The notes under the pieces were generated by a model, which saw only the letters and a list, made by a program, of their open reading frames with translations, was not told the DNA's origin and searched no databases. Positions 12,204 to 25,406 of a stretch of 64,000 nucleotides of DNA are shown piece after piece; the first letter of the stretch is position 1; each line of letters starts with the position of its first letter. This DNA comes from Oopsacas minuta (lineage: Eukaryota > Animalia > Porifera), in the NCBI GenBank assembly GCA_024704765.1, contig JAKMXF010000296.1, positions 346,465 through 410,464 of the forward strand, given 5' to 3'. Both the position numbers and the translations under genes were made by a program.

Positions 12204-14518
12204 CAGTGGTCCCAATTGTAGCTCTAAATCCTTCCGAGGGGTGTTTGCCTACCTTAGGAGGCGCTGTGGGGGGAGCTGGGAAGATAATGGTCCGTTGGAT
12301 GATGGTTTATTCTAACATTTGGAAATTTTGAGAAATACTGTTGTATCGTTGTTATGTTATGCACTTTACCCATAATGACAATTCTAACACGTTGCCCACA
12401 AGGGGAGCCAATTATTTACCATTTACATTCAATTAATGACTTCATTGGTATTGTTTCTTTGTTTTGAATTAAGAGTTCTGACGGCTTCTTAACAAAGAAG
12501 TTATAAAAAGTGATCATACCATGTTATTTTCATTAATTACCTCAATAATAGACACAACTTTTCTTGCATCTCCAATCATGGTTGAAAACCCCAAGAAAAA
12601 ATGCCGTCAATACTCCCTAGATTATCTGAAATTTGGTTTCATCGCTTCACCCACTAATCAATAATTACCCTTTTGTTTACCCTATAATCAAGTGTCTTCT
12701 ATTGAGGTTATGAAACCATCACGTATGTGCGGCCATTTGACGAAGAAGCACTCTGATAAGAAAGACAAGGATCTCAAATATTTCCAAACTTAAGCAAGCC
12801 GTTTGCAAGTCGTAGTTCCATAGATGGAATGATTAACAAAACTACCAGTAAAAATGACGATCGTCTTTGTTCTTCTTACAATATATCTCTTTTAATCGCC
12901 AAATGTGGAAAGCCTCATACAATAGGTGAAGAGCTCATCCTTCCAGCTATAAGAGAGGTTATATCTACTATCATGCATCAAGATGCGTCTAGTGTAGTTA
13001 GATCAATTTCCTTAAGTAATAACTCAGTTTCGAGGAGGATCGAAGAATTGGCTATAGATGTTGAACAACAGTTGTGTAAGTTTTACAAACAACGGAATTC
13101 GCTTTGCAGCTTGATGAGTCAACCTTACGTGACAATGAAACCTTATTTATGGCATATGTACGATATATTCACAATGGTGTATCAAAAGAAGAAATGCTCT
13201 TCTCCAAGCCACTAGAAACAGATGCTAAAGGTGAGACAATATTTATGGTGGTAAAGCAATTTTGTGAAGAGAAGAACATACCAATGGGAAATATTGTTGT
13301 GTGTGCTACTGATGGAGCACCTTCAATGATTGGACGTCATCGTGGTTTCATAGCTCATCTGAAACGAGCTGTGCCGAAGGTTTTCTCTATTCATTGTGTC
13401 ATACATCGTCAACATTTGATCGCCAAGCACCTAACACCTAATATTCACCAGTCTTTGCATATCGTGATTACTGCTACGAACAAAATAAAAAAGAACTCAC
13501 TGAATGATCGCATCTTTTAGCAACTTTGTGACAACAATGACGAAGATTACAAACGCCTCCTTCTCCATACTGGAGTTAGGTGGCTTTCTAAAGGTAATTG
13601 TTTGAAACGATTCCATCAACTGTTTGTAGAAGAATACGATTCAACTCTGGCAGAAAGGTTGAAATGATATGGACTGATGTTGCTTACTTAGCTGACATAT
13701 TCGAGAAACTGAATATAGTGAATAAGCAGCTACAAGGGAAAATACTACTCTTTATTCAAGCGAAGGGCGTTGTTCTATCATTCTTCAGTAAACTAACCCT
13801 GTTCCGACAGAATTTTACGCATCGTGAATTGGTACTTACCTTATTTACGTGAACTAGATATGGTAAATAATAACATCATTACAAATGATAACATTCATAT
13901 TTACTGTTCACATATGGATTCCCTTAACAAGATTTTTTGATTCGATTCAAAGATTTAACCCAGTTTGTTATCCCTAATTTTGTGATAAATCCATTTGGAA
14001 CTAATATAGAAACTTTGGATCCACAATTTCAAGAAGAATTCATCGATTTACAGAATGATATCGAATCCAATGCCATATTCACCCAATGTGGATATGGTTC
14101 ATTCTGGATGAAGAGGGAAGTCTCTGAACGCTATATCCATATTTTCAAACTGTAAGATTGATGTTTGTTGCATTTCCATCATTATATCTTGTCGAGAAGG
14201 GATTCAGCACTGTAGTTAATCTGCTCACAAAACAAAGAAATCGACTGGAAATAGCAACAAGAGGCGACTTGGGACTCTTTCTGAAGGAGTTAGAACCGTA
14301 TGTAGTCAAACAACCAAAGAGCCACCAAAGTCAAGGATCACATGTTCCAACGTATACTGATACTTAGATTAGTCCCTAGATACTCTATCAGTCTATCTTT
14401 TATAATTCCATATAGTTAGTAATTAAAAACTGATTCAATAAAGTATTAAATAGGAGGCGTTCTGTAAGTATTAAGTCTATAAGGGGGGCGTTAAATTGGT
14501 AAAGGTTGGGAAACACTG
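12204..14518 (+). mobile_element. Buster/Charlie-type hAT element, inactive
   Basis: CAGTGGTCCC...GGGAAACACTG termini. 8-bp TSD ACTTAGAC/GCTTAGAC (7/8) with the central TA typical of Buster targets. Confidence 0.9.
12578..14367 (+). pseudogene. Buster-type (SCAND3/ZBED5-like) transposase pseudogene
   Basis: KPHTIGEELILPA, LSNNSVSRRI, QLDEST, TDGAPSMIG, HCVIHRQHL, VRWLSKG, AYLADIF, YLVEKGFS, RGDL. Many frameshifts. Confidence 0.93.
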
Positions 14519-15899
14519 GCTTAGACTGGACTCTATTTTTATACATCCAACTTATATATTGCTATTTTGTTTTGTTGTCTTTTCTTTGTCAAGAAGTGCT
14601 TTACTGAATGCTTTTTGTATTTGTATTCCTAATTCTGAGATTTATCATAACTATGCATTTGTGGTGTTTACCAAGAAATTGATCTGAAGTCAATAATACT
14701 TGACTGAACATATCGAATATCATGAATCTGATTTTCACCCTTTTAAATTGATAATATTGGTATATATTTGTTGTTTTTATGAATATTGAGTAAACTAATT
14801 GTTGAAATCCCAAATTTTTTTAGATATGCTCTTAAACGCTATTATGTGTGACAGAGTACTCTAATTCAGAGTTACGTATTTTCTGTTTCTCACGTGTAAG
14901 ATGATTGTGCTTTTTATGGATATATATTAAACAAATGGTTGAATTTTCAAAATTAACGTAGACGCCTGCTCTGAAACTATAATGGGGTTACAAATTACGC
15001 TGAATCCGAATTTCGTACTTTCAAGTTTCTCTTATGTTGTTTTTATGAATATTAAATAGACAAATAGTTAAATGAGTGACGTGTTCTAATTTTATTCATG
15101 GGTATTCTAGTATGCAGAATCCGAATTTCGCATTTTTAAGTTTCTAAAATGTAAATTTATGTTGTTTTTATGAACATATTGTAAACAAATAGTTTAAGTA
15201 TTACTATTTTATTTCAATTTGTGAATATTATACTTTGCGAAGCGAACCACAAAGTGCCGAGTCTAATGCGACACTAAGTGTTTGCAGGCCGTGCACTGCG
15301 AGCAAGCGTAGCCCCTCCTTAATTTTACCAAACAACCTCAATTACCATTTAATGGAAATGTGCAACGTCAAGTTCTTTTTTGCGTGGTGCCTAAGAATTA
15401 ACACGGTTCTGGTTTACACCATTAAAATTTTCCCCTATACGCGTGTAAAGATTTCTGTTTTAACGGTTTGTGTTATTAATTGTGAAAATACACCTATTTA
15501 TTCTATGATTAATTAAAATATTTGTTTTTGTCCTAAACATATTGATTATAACTTTGTATATTCAACCAATAACCTTTGAGCCTCTAATATTTAGAAAATA
15601 TCATTAGATTGAGCCGTTGAAGGAAGTGGCTACCCGTATTGGCTTGTAAATCTCTGGTTAAAGGGCATTTGCATTTGAATTACGATTTAGGAATGGTGGA
15701 TTATCAGGAGATTCGCATGCCCGACTTTCCCCACTCAATTGCCTTACCTTAGGGAATTAGCGCTTCATGAAATTAACGCGAATTGGAGCTGAACCTTTTC
15801 AAATACATGAAATTGACGCGATTGGGAGGGAGAACGTTTGTATATACAGTATTTTATGCGAATAAATATTTAGTAATTATTCAAATTTCTAAACAAAAA

Positions 15900-17380
15900 A
15901 GAAGTAATTCCTAAACAAAGAATATGTCCTTGTAAGGGTATAGATCTCGGAACTCCATATCGCCCTTTCTGGAATTCGTGATTGCTGAAGCAATCCCTGA
16001 ATGTGACCAACCAGCTTTGATATTTTCTATCCCTTTCTCCGAGTTGAAGAAAGTGAAAGTTCACCCATCAATCTGCCATGCTTCGACTTCAATGTTGATA
16101 GGTTGAAGTCAACATCGATGGTAGTGATGTCTCTATCAGGCTCTTGAAGCATGGCAGCAGTAATCGTTTCGGTATAGAAATTACTGAATGCCTTCTTCTC
16201 ATAATGCTTAAAAGACCTATTTATTGAGAGGTCCAGGGCTGAAGTAAATGAGTTAAGTTTTGCGGAGTCATGACTGTGATTGTATTTAATTCCTCTAGAG
16301 TTTTGCATGCACTATCAGTTCCTTGCCCTTTAAACGCATCTCAGATTAATATGAATTTGTGATCTCTTCCAAGACCAAGTTCTTCCTTAGTTGGATCGAC
16401 ATATGGTTTTAGTACTTTCATTAATAGGGATCTCGTTTCCTTTCATTGCTCCAATGCTTTTCACTATAACTTAGAAGAAATCCTTCAGGAAAGGGAACGG
16501 TGGGGAGAGATCTTGCTGTTTTTCCATGATAAATTAGCTGAAATGGTAACATTTTACCACTTAGCGTTTCAGCCAAGGCTATCGTCATGCCTCTCTTATC
16601 GTTAGATCCTTTCTTTGCTACTTGTTTGGAATTTGTTCCCGCCATAGTGAAATTGCCAGTAGACACAAACTTTGATGGTGTCTGATCTACATTTATAATG
16701 AGTTCATCGGGAATATTATGCAGAGCGACTGCTGTTACAATTTCGTTCAAAAATCGGTCTCTCACTTCATTCCATAGGCCTAGATGTTGTCACCATACGT
16801 CTGGACATGTTCATGCGAGCATACAGAGATTGTATCCAGCCGTTCATGATTTTACAGTTCTGGTAACCTCCATATTTCCCTAAGTTGCTTTTGATGATAC
16901 CCATGAGCACTCCATGAACGGAATGTCGATCAACAGTTCCTCCAGCGATGCGAAGATTATTAATGAAGGTTCTGAGTATTTTATCTAAATCTTCATCTAA
17001 TAACAATGGTCTCCCTCTTTTCGATGATATTTGTATTAAGTCTGTGAGTGACTTTTTCTTCAATCCAGCACGAAATTTCGACAACCAACCTCGCAAGGTA
17101 CTTTCTGCCAAATGTGGGAAATATTTCTTGTATTGCTGCATAGCATTTGTTGTACCCACTTGATTCGCACAAATTATAATCCGTATTTTGTCTTTTTCTG
17201 TATAACTGCAACGTTTCTTTTTTTCTCCTGGCATGATGAGCTGCTCAATTACTTGACCATGCTGTTCATTTGTTATCCCTCTATCTTCATCAGAAGGAAT
17301 CACAAGCATATGGGAATCATCTCCTATATTATCATCGTTTCTTTCCTTCGTAAACAGGCTAAGATCGACTTTTCAGCCAT
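15900..17380 (-). pseudogene. pogo (POGK-like) transposase pseudogene; 3' end approximate
   Basis: HTH (YTEKDKIRII...AESTLRGW), RGRPLLL, GWIQSLYARMNMSRRMVTT, IINVDQTP, DKRGMT, LPFQLIYHGKT, HWSNE, LI(W)DAFKGQ, and LLQPLD restored across a frameshift. Confidence 0.9.
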
Positions 17381-17552
17381 TCTAATTGGTAGTATACTAT
17401 TATAGAGGCTTGATTTGGTATCCTAACTTGTTTGAACGTGGCGACAAATTTGGGAGTATCGAGATCGTAAAAACATTTATGAACATGAATAATGGAATAT
17501 ATTCTTCATAAATAAACCAATTTATTATAGTCTTACAACAAAGATACGTAGC

Positions 17553-18111
17553 CTATTCTACGAAACAGCAGTCACTGTCATTTTCACTTTCAAAGGAAGC
17601 TTCTAGATATTGAGTTTCACTTTCCGAAGAGTATTTGTCAGCATCCTGTTCATTAAGTATTTCTTGCAAAATATATTTCGTAGAATCAAAATATTCCTTG
17701 TAATTTTCTTCAAGAAATCCGCAGGCTAATACTTTCTCCTTTAACATGTTTAGTGCTTCTGCTCGGCTCCATCGGACTGTATAGAAATAGGTATTTCCAG
17801 ACCACCTTGCAAAAGCCGAGAACTTCTAGGCTTCACATAAGATATTATTCCCGAAATACAAGCTCCATTTTTTAGTGCGTACCAAAAATAACGACTGATC
17901 TCCCTTGGAATATGCCCACCTGTCGTTATAGACAACTTCCCAGGTAATTTTGTTTGTCCAGGCACTGCGAAATTATCATAATATTATTGTTCTCCTGTTT
18001 GAAAACAATGACTAATCCCAAAATAGGTTTCCAGTCCACTTGATAGATATGGTATCCTCTCAAACCAGTCACGCATCGGAAGGCATGTAAATTGGGAGTT
18101 TGCCCATCCAT
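17553..18111 (-). pseudogene. HIRAN-like domain ORF with acidic tail, frameshifted, upstream of the pogo transposase
   Basis: RGYHIYQVDWKP...KQENNN/YDNFAV...GHIPREISRYFWYALKNG...LQGGLEIP resembles the GYH.Y..W.P / E..N.YD..AV / GH.PRE motif set of HIRAN-like proteins. The family call is from memory and needs an HMM check. Confidence 0.65.
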
Positions 18112-20858
18112 TGTATTGATTTGCTAAATAGTATAAATTGTAGGAAATTAACGCGAATTGGAGCATTTGCGTGTATTTCATGGAGCGTTAATTCCTATAG
18201 TAAGGTAGTTACTGGTGTGGAACTATCAATTATTTAAGGGAACTGCCATCATTTACCCACCAAATTTAAATATGCATTATCTTGTTTTGAACATCCTTGC
18301 AAGACCCATACCTGCCAAACTTTGCTAATCATTTCCTGGACATAGTGGTCAATTCCCTGCACATTAAATCATTTCCCTGGACATTTCTATAGAATTACAA
18401 CCAGATAATTTGAGAATGCTTGCTATTCTCCCTATAATATTGTCTAAATTTGTGTATGTGTGTGTGTGTGTCACGCTCCTAAATAGAAAACATAAGGTTT
18501 AGTTCAGAAACACCAGAATCCAATATGCACAACATGACAACGATAAAAACAACATTATTCTGGGGTAATCGAGTATGGTGTTCCGAATATGATATTGTAA
18601 ACAACATACTGTGAATATTTGTTTACTTTTAGATACATATAGTACGTGAATTACAATTTCTTAGTAGAGTCATACTTTCAACGGCTATACTTGTGTATTC
18701 AAATATGTTGAGTCCAAATATAATATTGTAATCAACATTTCATAATTTTTGTACACTTTTGTAGACCAAAAGTAAGCAAATTCTATGATTATATTATTCC
18801 CTATATTATATACGTAGATCATCTTCCCCTATTTTTATAATACAAAGTGGACAAGCAAACAAACTCATGTGTAGCATCTAATCCTTGATTGCAAGACTCG
18901 CTCGAGCACACTCTTAAAATGCTTGAGAGTATTGTTAAACATACAAGTATACCAGTTTATAAGAAACCTTTTAATCTGAATTCTTGTGGAACATCATGTG
19001 ATGATAAGTTTAGCTAAATTTGTGAAATTCTACAAGCATTGGGCCTAGAGTTACTACATGTTGACACAAACAATCCATATACGAACACTAAATTGTCATT
19101 CTAAAAAGTTTATACGTTCTCTCGGCGCAAATCTCACATCAAAGTATACACCTACAATTCATTGCCCTCTCCCACTTGGTGATTTAACTGTTGTATGTAT
19201 ATTGATGCCTTGAATGAGTGTTTGCTTCTTCTCGCTGATGTTTACTAACCTTAGGATGGAATCTGCAGGAAAACAATTCCCATATTGATAAATCCTGCTG
19301 AATTGAGCTTGCTTGGTCGCTCCGCGATAGCTTAAGGCATCAGGTTAGCTTAAGTTTCAAACAACTACATTTCTTGATGCTTTTTGTTACTACACGACGG
19401 GATATACCCGACGCTACGTGCCTAAGGAGTTAATATTTATGGAAAATTATATTTGTCTTATTCATGGTTTGCCCAAATTCCATTTAATGGCATTCTGTGG
19501 TAATACTGCAGCTCTTACGTGGCTTTAGGTTAGTAATCCTGGCAGTTCGTGTCTCGAAGATTATAAAATTCTCAAAAATGTCGAACTTTAGAAATTCTTG
19601 ATTTCTTAACTGTCATGATGACGTAATAATCCCATGTGATGAGTTTACATTTGGCCAAAATCATAACATCAAAACATTTGTCACATTGAAGAATAATTGT
19701 GATTCAAATTTCAAACTTCTATTTTGTATTTGGCTGAGCAGCTGTTAATAATTATAATTTTTCGAATATCCAAGAGGTGATGCTGATATCATAATTTCGT
19801 CAGGTGTGAATCTTCGTCCAAAACAAACTTGTCCGAGCCAGGCCCAACATACGCGTACCATAGCCCTGGGGTCTTTCAGGTTCTTCAATCAATACTGACA
19901 TATTAACATATATAGATATCCACATATACAGATTAATTTGTTTAATACTATAGATATCTCTGCAAAAAGTGGAAAATAGTCTGCGTATTCAAATTTTTGA
20001 TTGCCTACTAGACTTAAATACTATTGAAGACCCCCTGCGGTACGTTAGAGCTGTGGTATTTAAAGAGATATTTGGATAACTTTATTATTTTGAAGTAGCC
20101 CTACTTTTTAATGGATTTTTTCCCCGATTACCTGAGAAACTTTTGTATTTTCTCCTCAATCGTGAGAAAATGTGCGTACATTCGCTAGATGAGATGATCA
20201 AGTACTGAAATTTGGTTAATTTCTGTAGATCTTACTATATACTTTCATAGTATCATTTTCTGTTAGGTGATTGTTCTAATTAACTAAGGAGTATTACTAT
20301 TTGCTGCTAATACTTTTGAAACAGTCTGCATGAACAATATTAATAATTATTCTGATTAATATTACTCCATCATACAATTATGTTTTATTTGCCACGAATC
20401 ATATAATATACCATCTTCCTCTTCTAAATTAAGAATTGAGGTGCAGATCTTTATTCGAGAACCAGCTAAATGTAAATCTATATTGACATACACATATTCT
20501 TATAATTGGGAACTTTTGAGATTTTAGTTATTGAATTTTGGGTTCCTGATCCAATAGATGAAATTGCAATTCTGGTAACTGTATATAGTCAATACAAGTA
20601 TCATTAATGATTTTATCTCGCATGTAAAATCCTCACTGTCAGTTCAAACGATAGTTACAGGTGATTCTAATGTGATATATACATAATTCATAATAAGAAG
20701 AATTATGGAGCATTTTGTATCGAAGAACTTTCACTTTACAACATCTTGTTTATCTACCAATTACGATTCGCAGTTACGTATATTGTACTTTACCAAGAGG
20801 TTTAATACTAAATGTAGTTTCAATGATTCCAATTTTGTTGATTACAATTCCATAATTA

Positions 20859-22136
20859 CTTAGGGCATTCAAACAGTCCTATATTTGTTTATATCTTGAC
20901 ACTACAATATCTTACTAATCAAAATTCTGTATAAATGTTCGAAATACTTCCCCTCTACATCTATGCATAGTTGTAGCATTTCAACCCACTTTGAAACTTT
21001 TTTTAATACTCGTCTCTGCCCACTGAATTGAGGTAGTGGTAAATTCAGTTTCCTAACTCTTGTCGGGTGTGGAATAGCCGTCCTCGAGATATTGTTTTAG
21101 CTCAGGAAATAGTCAGAAATCACAAGATGATAGATCTGGGGAATACGGAGGATGTTCCATCGTTTCAAACCCAATATCCTTATTAACCTCCCCAAATATT
21201 TGAAACATGAGGTCTGCAATATCGTGGAGAAGTTTGATTCTTCAAGTTCATGTACGCGTACATCGTGTGTTATGGACTTTCGCGACTTTTCTTAGTCATT
21301 TATCTTCGTAAAATTCTCCATTGAGTCGTTTTCCTTTAGGCACAAGTATTTGAGCCACTGGCCTATCCGCATCAAAATTATACTGTAGAGAACTTATCGT
21401 CTCGGAAGTCGGACGTGCCTTTCGGGGAGATAGGGACTTTTGGGAGCCACGATTTCCATTGTTCCTTACGCAGAGGTTCAGAAATTTAAACCTTGTTTCG
21501 TCACCAGTACGATTTCATACAACCTTCAAGAATCACAAACTCTCTATTCTTTAGGCAATTTTTCCGCATCAAACACTCTTCTCCTTTTGCCCCTTTGTTA
21601 CGATTTTTGGTTTCCATCGCGCTGAATTCTTTTGATATTCGAGATAATCGTGTAGAATTGTATGAACACTTCCCTATGAGATGTCCAGGATTAGGGAAAT
21701 CACTTGAACACTCAAATGGGGGTCAATATCTAATAGATCCAGAATTTGAGAGGCAATTTCAGGGGAGGTAGCAGAAATTGGTTTTCCTGCCTAAGGGTCA
21801 TCTTCAATGCTGCCTCTACCTTCCCTCAATTTACGTGCCTATTCCTTTGCAGTGGTATACGCTAGAGCTTCCCCATGATAAACGGTAGATCCCCATGTAT
21901 CTGTAGTAGTTTGTCGCCGAGTATGGTACGAATCTTTATGTAAGCTCGTTTGGCTTTATTTGATGTGTTTTGAAGCCATGAAAAGTTGACTCTCGAAAAT
22001 AGGTAAATTGAAAGTAGGATCCACAGCATTAAATATCTAATCGATAGGACTATTAGGGGTATACTATGCATCTCATGTAATCGAGTAGAGTTTGGCTGCT
22101 ATATACTATGGATGGGGACTTTTTGAATGCCCCAAG
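20859..22136 (-). mobile_element. mariner element (1278 bp), inactive
   Basis: TIR CTTAGGGCATTCAAACAGTCC versus reverse complement CTTGGGGCATTCAAAAAGTCC, TA flanks. Minus-strand motifs RAYIKIRTILG, GSVHTILHDYL, TGDET, EHPPYSPDLSSCDF, with many stops. Confidence 0.9.
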
Positions 22137-24200
22137 TATATATTTGGGGGATTGTTTAAACTCTACTCTGCTTGTGAATCCCTTCGCTATTAATGGACTC
22201 TGGTCCTTCAACCCAAATGCGAATGTTAGTTTTAAACATGTTGATTTATTTATTCTATCTTCTATTTGTCCACTATTTAGACTCTAATGACTAATCCTTA
22301 CCCCGATTTACGAGTCAATGCGAAGAGCATATTCTGATAACATTAATTTGTAGCATATCCTATTTGGCTAGCGAAGTTTTAGAATACCTACTAATTCATA
22401 TTATGCGTACTAATTTGAGTCTCGGTTTAACTTAAGATAAGTTACCTTTATAAATGATGGTAGCCTTAAATCTAACTTTTCGCATATTATATGTTGAGAT
22501 ATATGCGCGCACAGTAATTTGCGTACTTCCTTGGTTGATATATTTGGGCAAAGCGACTATGTTTTTATCTTTGAGATCCGCATCTTATACAGGTTGGGCA
22601 CATAGATTTTAAAATTGATGTTTCTAATGTGTGCTAGCATAATGTCAACAATATGAATCCTACTGCACCCAACCCAATTTTATGGGTAATTCCTGACCTC
22701 TACAATGAAGAAACTTACGACATAATTTATGATTTATATGAGGTCACATCATTAATGGTGCTATTTCATAGCATTAATCATACAGCTTCGCAAAGTGATC
22801 ATTATGATGCAATAGATGACATATAACCGAATAGCTATTGTTTCAATCTTTCAATGATGTCAAAATTTTTTAGCAATCAATTGAGCAAAATTCTTTAGGT
22901 ATGGTATAAATGGAAAATTTAACGGGTTCGTTTGGTGTATATGTGTTACGTTTATGCCAGGTGAATCGTACAAATATTTTAAGAACTGTTATTATACTAA
23001 CTTTTTCAACTACATCAAATTATGTCAACTTACAGAAGCTCATTAACTTATATAAAAGTGATAACAACTACATCCTATTGCAACCAATTAAAGTGCACTA
23101 CACTTAATTACTTCAAAGTTGCATTAACATCGTCGATTACCTTAATAAGCTATATTCAAAAAATATATATACTATAGACAGTTTTTCAATATTCTTGTAT
23201 GTGAGAGTTGGAATTCCTCCTTTTATATAGATAAGCCTCTGTTTAAGTTATTCAAAAGACTTTCAATGGTATAGCCCATCGGTAACGTGCTACTTCGGAG
23301 CATCATGTACCCTTTTAGCTCTCCCCTCTTGCTCCTTGTAGCTATTCAATATTCCTTAGTTGAACTCAATTAAGATAAATTAACCATCTATCATGTTATT
23401 TATGAGGGTTTTCTGAAAGTTAACCTTAATTTCGTCAGAATTATGATTGTTCTTAGGATTTGACAATGAGATTTACGACTCATGCCAAGGGCCTTACGTC
23501 ATCGCATGTCTGGAAACACTTTTTACCTTAATGCCAATTTATCACTGTTTTCCTAACTTTTGTATCTATTTTAATTCACTGGTTCAATTATATGACCATT
23601 GGTGATACCAAATTTCATTCTAATCATACAGGCAAATATTTTATTCGATACTGTATTTATTTTACGTTATGTCAAAATATATCTACCAATAATGCACTCG
23701 CCAAGCTATATATAACATTGTCAAATTTCTCCAAACATCGAATTGACATTTAACTACCAGATCCGTACTCAGCATCAAATTTCAAGCAATTTTGATTGGT
23801 CATTTTGCTATATTTTGATGTATTTTCCCTAGCCAACATTCTAATCTCCAATTTTGTCCTAACCTAAACGATTGTTCCTTGGTCGACGCAGCGAGGCTAG
23901 TTGAGTCTAATTATGCACATTTCAAAATATCATCTTAAGCTGCCTGAATATACTTATGTTTGATATTTAACACTTTATTTCACTCTGAGCATATTTTCTT
24001 TCAATCCTTGTCATTTCATTCATGATAACACCCTTGTGAGTAACCAGTTATATTCTTATAACCTGTATTATTTATTTAAGAATAGTCATAACCCTTATTC
24101 AGAACAGTGTTCCTATTCGCGATATGTTAATTTAACCTGTGTTCTTATTAGTGATGCACATTGTATCCCTTATCCCATTATCATGATTTTTCTTAATTAG

Positions 24201-24611
24201 GCACAAGTATCTTTATTTCATGATACGAAAGTCCTCGCTTCATCATCTTATGAATGTTCTAATCTTTTGCATGAAAGAGGTTTAGACCATGCTTATGATC
24301 TAGAAGTTTCGAGGGTTTCATCTGATCCTGGGATTGAAAAGAGTTCTGCAAATTTATCCGATGATAATTATCCAGATTTCCTGATGCCAACCAAGAATAG
24401 ATTTTCATCCTTTGAAAAGAGTGGACTGCCCTTAATCAACCCTTCAAAACGGAAGACAACAAAACAAATACCTCATGACATTTCTCCAGATGATGAATCC
24501 CTTAGACTCTCAACTGATCTTAACCATTCAGAATCTGTTCTAGAGTCTCCAATACTTTCAAGTTTGTTACCATATTCACACTTGAAACTACATGTAGCAC
24601 ATATTTCATAG
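24201..24611 (+). CDS. candidate host exon (Ser/Asp-rich linker-like peptide), unidentified
   Basis: Frame open from an acceptor-like TTTTTCTTAATTAG at 24200 to a stop at 24609-24611 (AQVSLFHDTK...NRFSSFEKSG...SPDDESLRLS). A possible donor GTTTGT lies near 24562. No TE motifs recognised. Confidence 0.4.
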   Translation, partial: AQVSLFHDTKVLASSSYECSNLLHERGLDHAYDLEVSRVSSDPGIEKSSANLSDDNYPDFLMPTKNRFSSFEKSGLPLINPSKRKTTKQIPHDISPDDESLRLSTDLNHSESVLESPILSSLLPYSHLKLHVAHIS

Positions 24612-25406
24612 ACTTACCTATTCGTGTGAATATGAATTTGAATATCCAAAATTTTATCAATTTGCATATTCCTGAGCAGTGAATTTCATATATGAGATTA
24701 AATTATTTCATGTGTCCTAAACCCAACTTAATTTTAGACTAATCTATTGGGATACAGTGGATACTGGGAATATGACCATAGTCAGGAACCGGACAGCATG
24801 TTCTTATATAACTGGTATTTAGTTTATTGTTCGTGCCGATTATCAAAACACTTCATTTATGCAGATTTGTATGTAGCGGCAATATTATGGAAAACTTTCC
24901 TCACATCTACTAGAATTTCTAGAACATACCGGTAATTAGAACCAATGATGCTACAACTATTTTTACTACCCGGCATAAATTATCATGAGTGTATGGCAAC
25001 AATTATCCTTTGTTATTTATATCCAACATGTTCTTATCATCGGCATGGAATGTTCTTATATCCTATACAAATTCCATAGAGTAGAATTCAATAGATTAAC
25101 CAAATGAATTTAAGTTTCTTTTAGCCAGCATGTTCTTTTATCCGGCGTCTGTCATGGTTGTACTCATTAAATATGATTCCATGAGAAATTACTGTAACCA
25201 ATTTATTACGATCGCACGTCATTTAGGATTTGCTTAATTGGGTCATTCTAGTTTTTATATATCCTAGGTAGTATACTTTGTTCAAAATCTATCAAAATAA
25301 GTGCCCATGCTCATGTGTCGGGTTCTAAAGCACCCTAAACACTCTTCAGAGAAAAATAAGTCGACTTCTTCAAGATTTAGGCTTAATATCATCATAGCTT
25401 CCTATT

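Larger units (their letters stand above)
15747..18205 (-). mobile_element. pogo-superfamily element carrying two ORFs (HIRAN-like ORF + transposase)
   Basis: Left end TA|CCTTAGGGAATTAGCGCTTCATGAAAT; right-end reverse complement TA|CCTTACTATAGGAATTAACGCTCCATGAAAT. TA flanks at 15745-46 and 18206-07. Both ORFs lie between these ends. Confidence 0.75.

Noticed and set aside
18451-18471. (TG)n microsatellite
   Set aside because: Short and ordinary.
19020-19345. Two-exon model with a TACTAAC branch site (…GDLTV|DGICRKTIP…)
   Set aside because: Splice signals look good, but the peptide is short, runs into a dispersed repeat and is unrecognisable.
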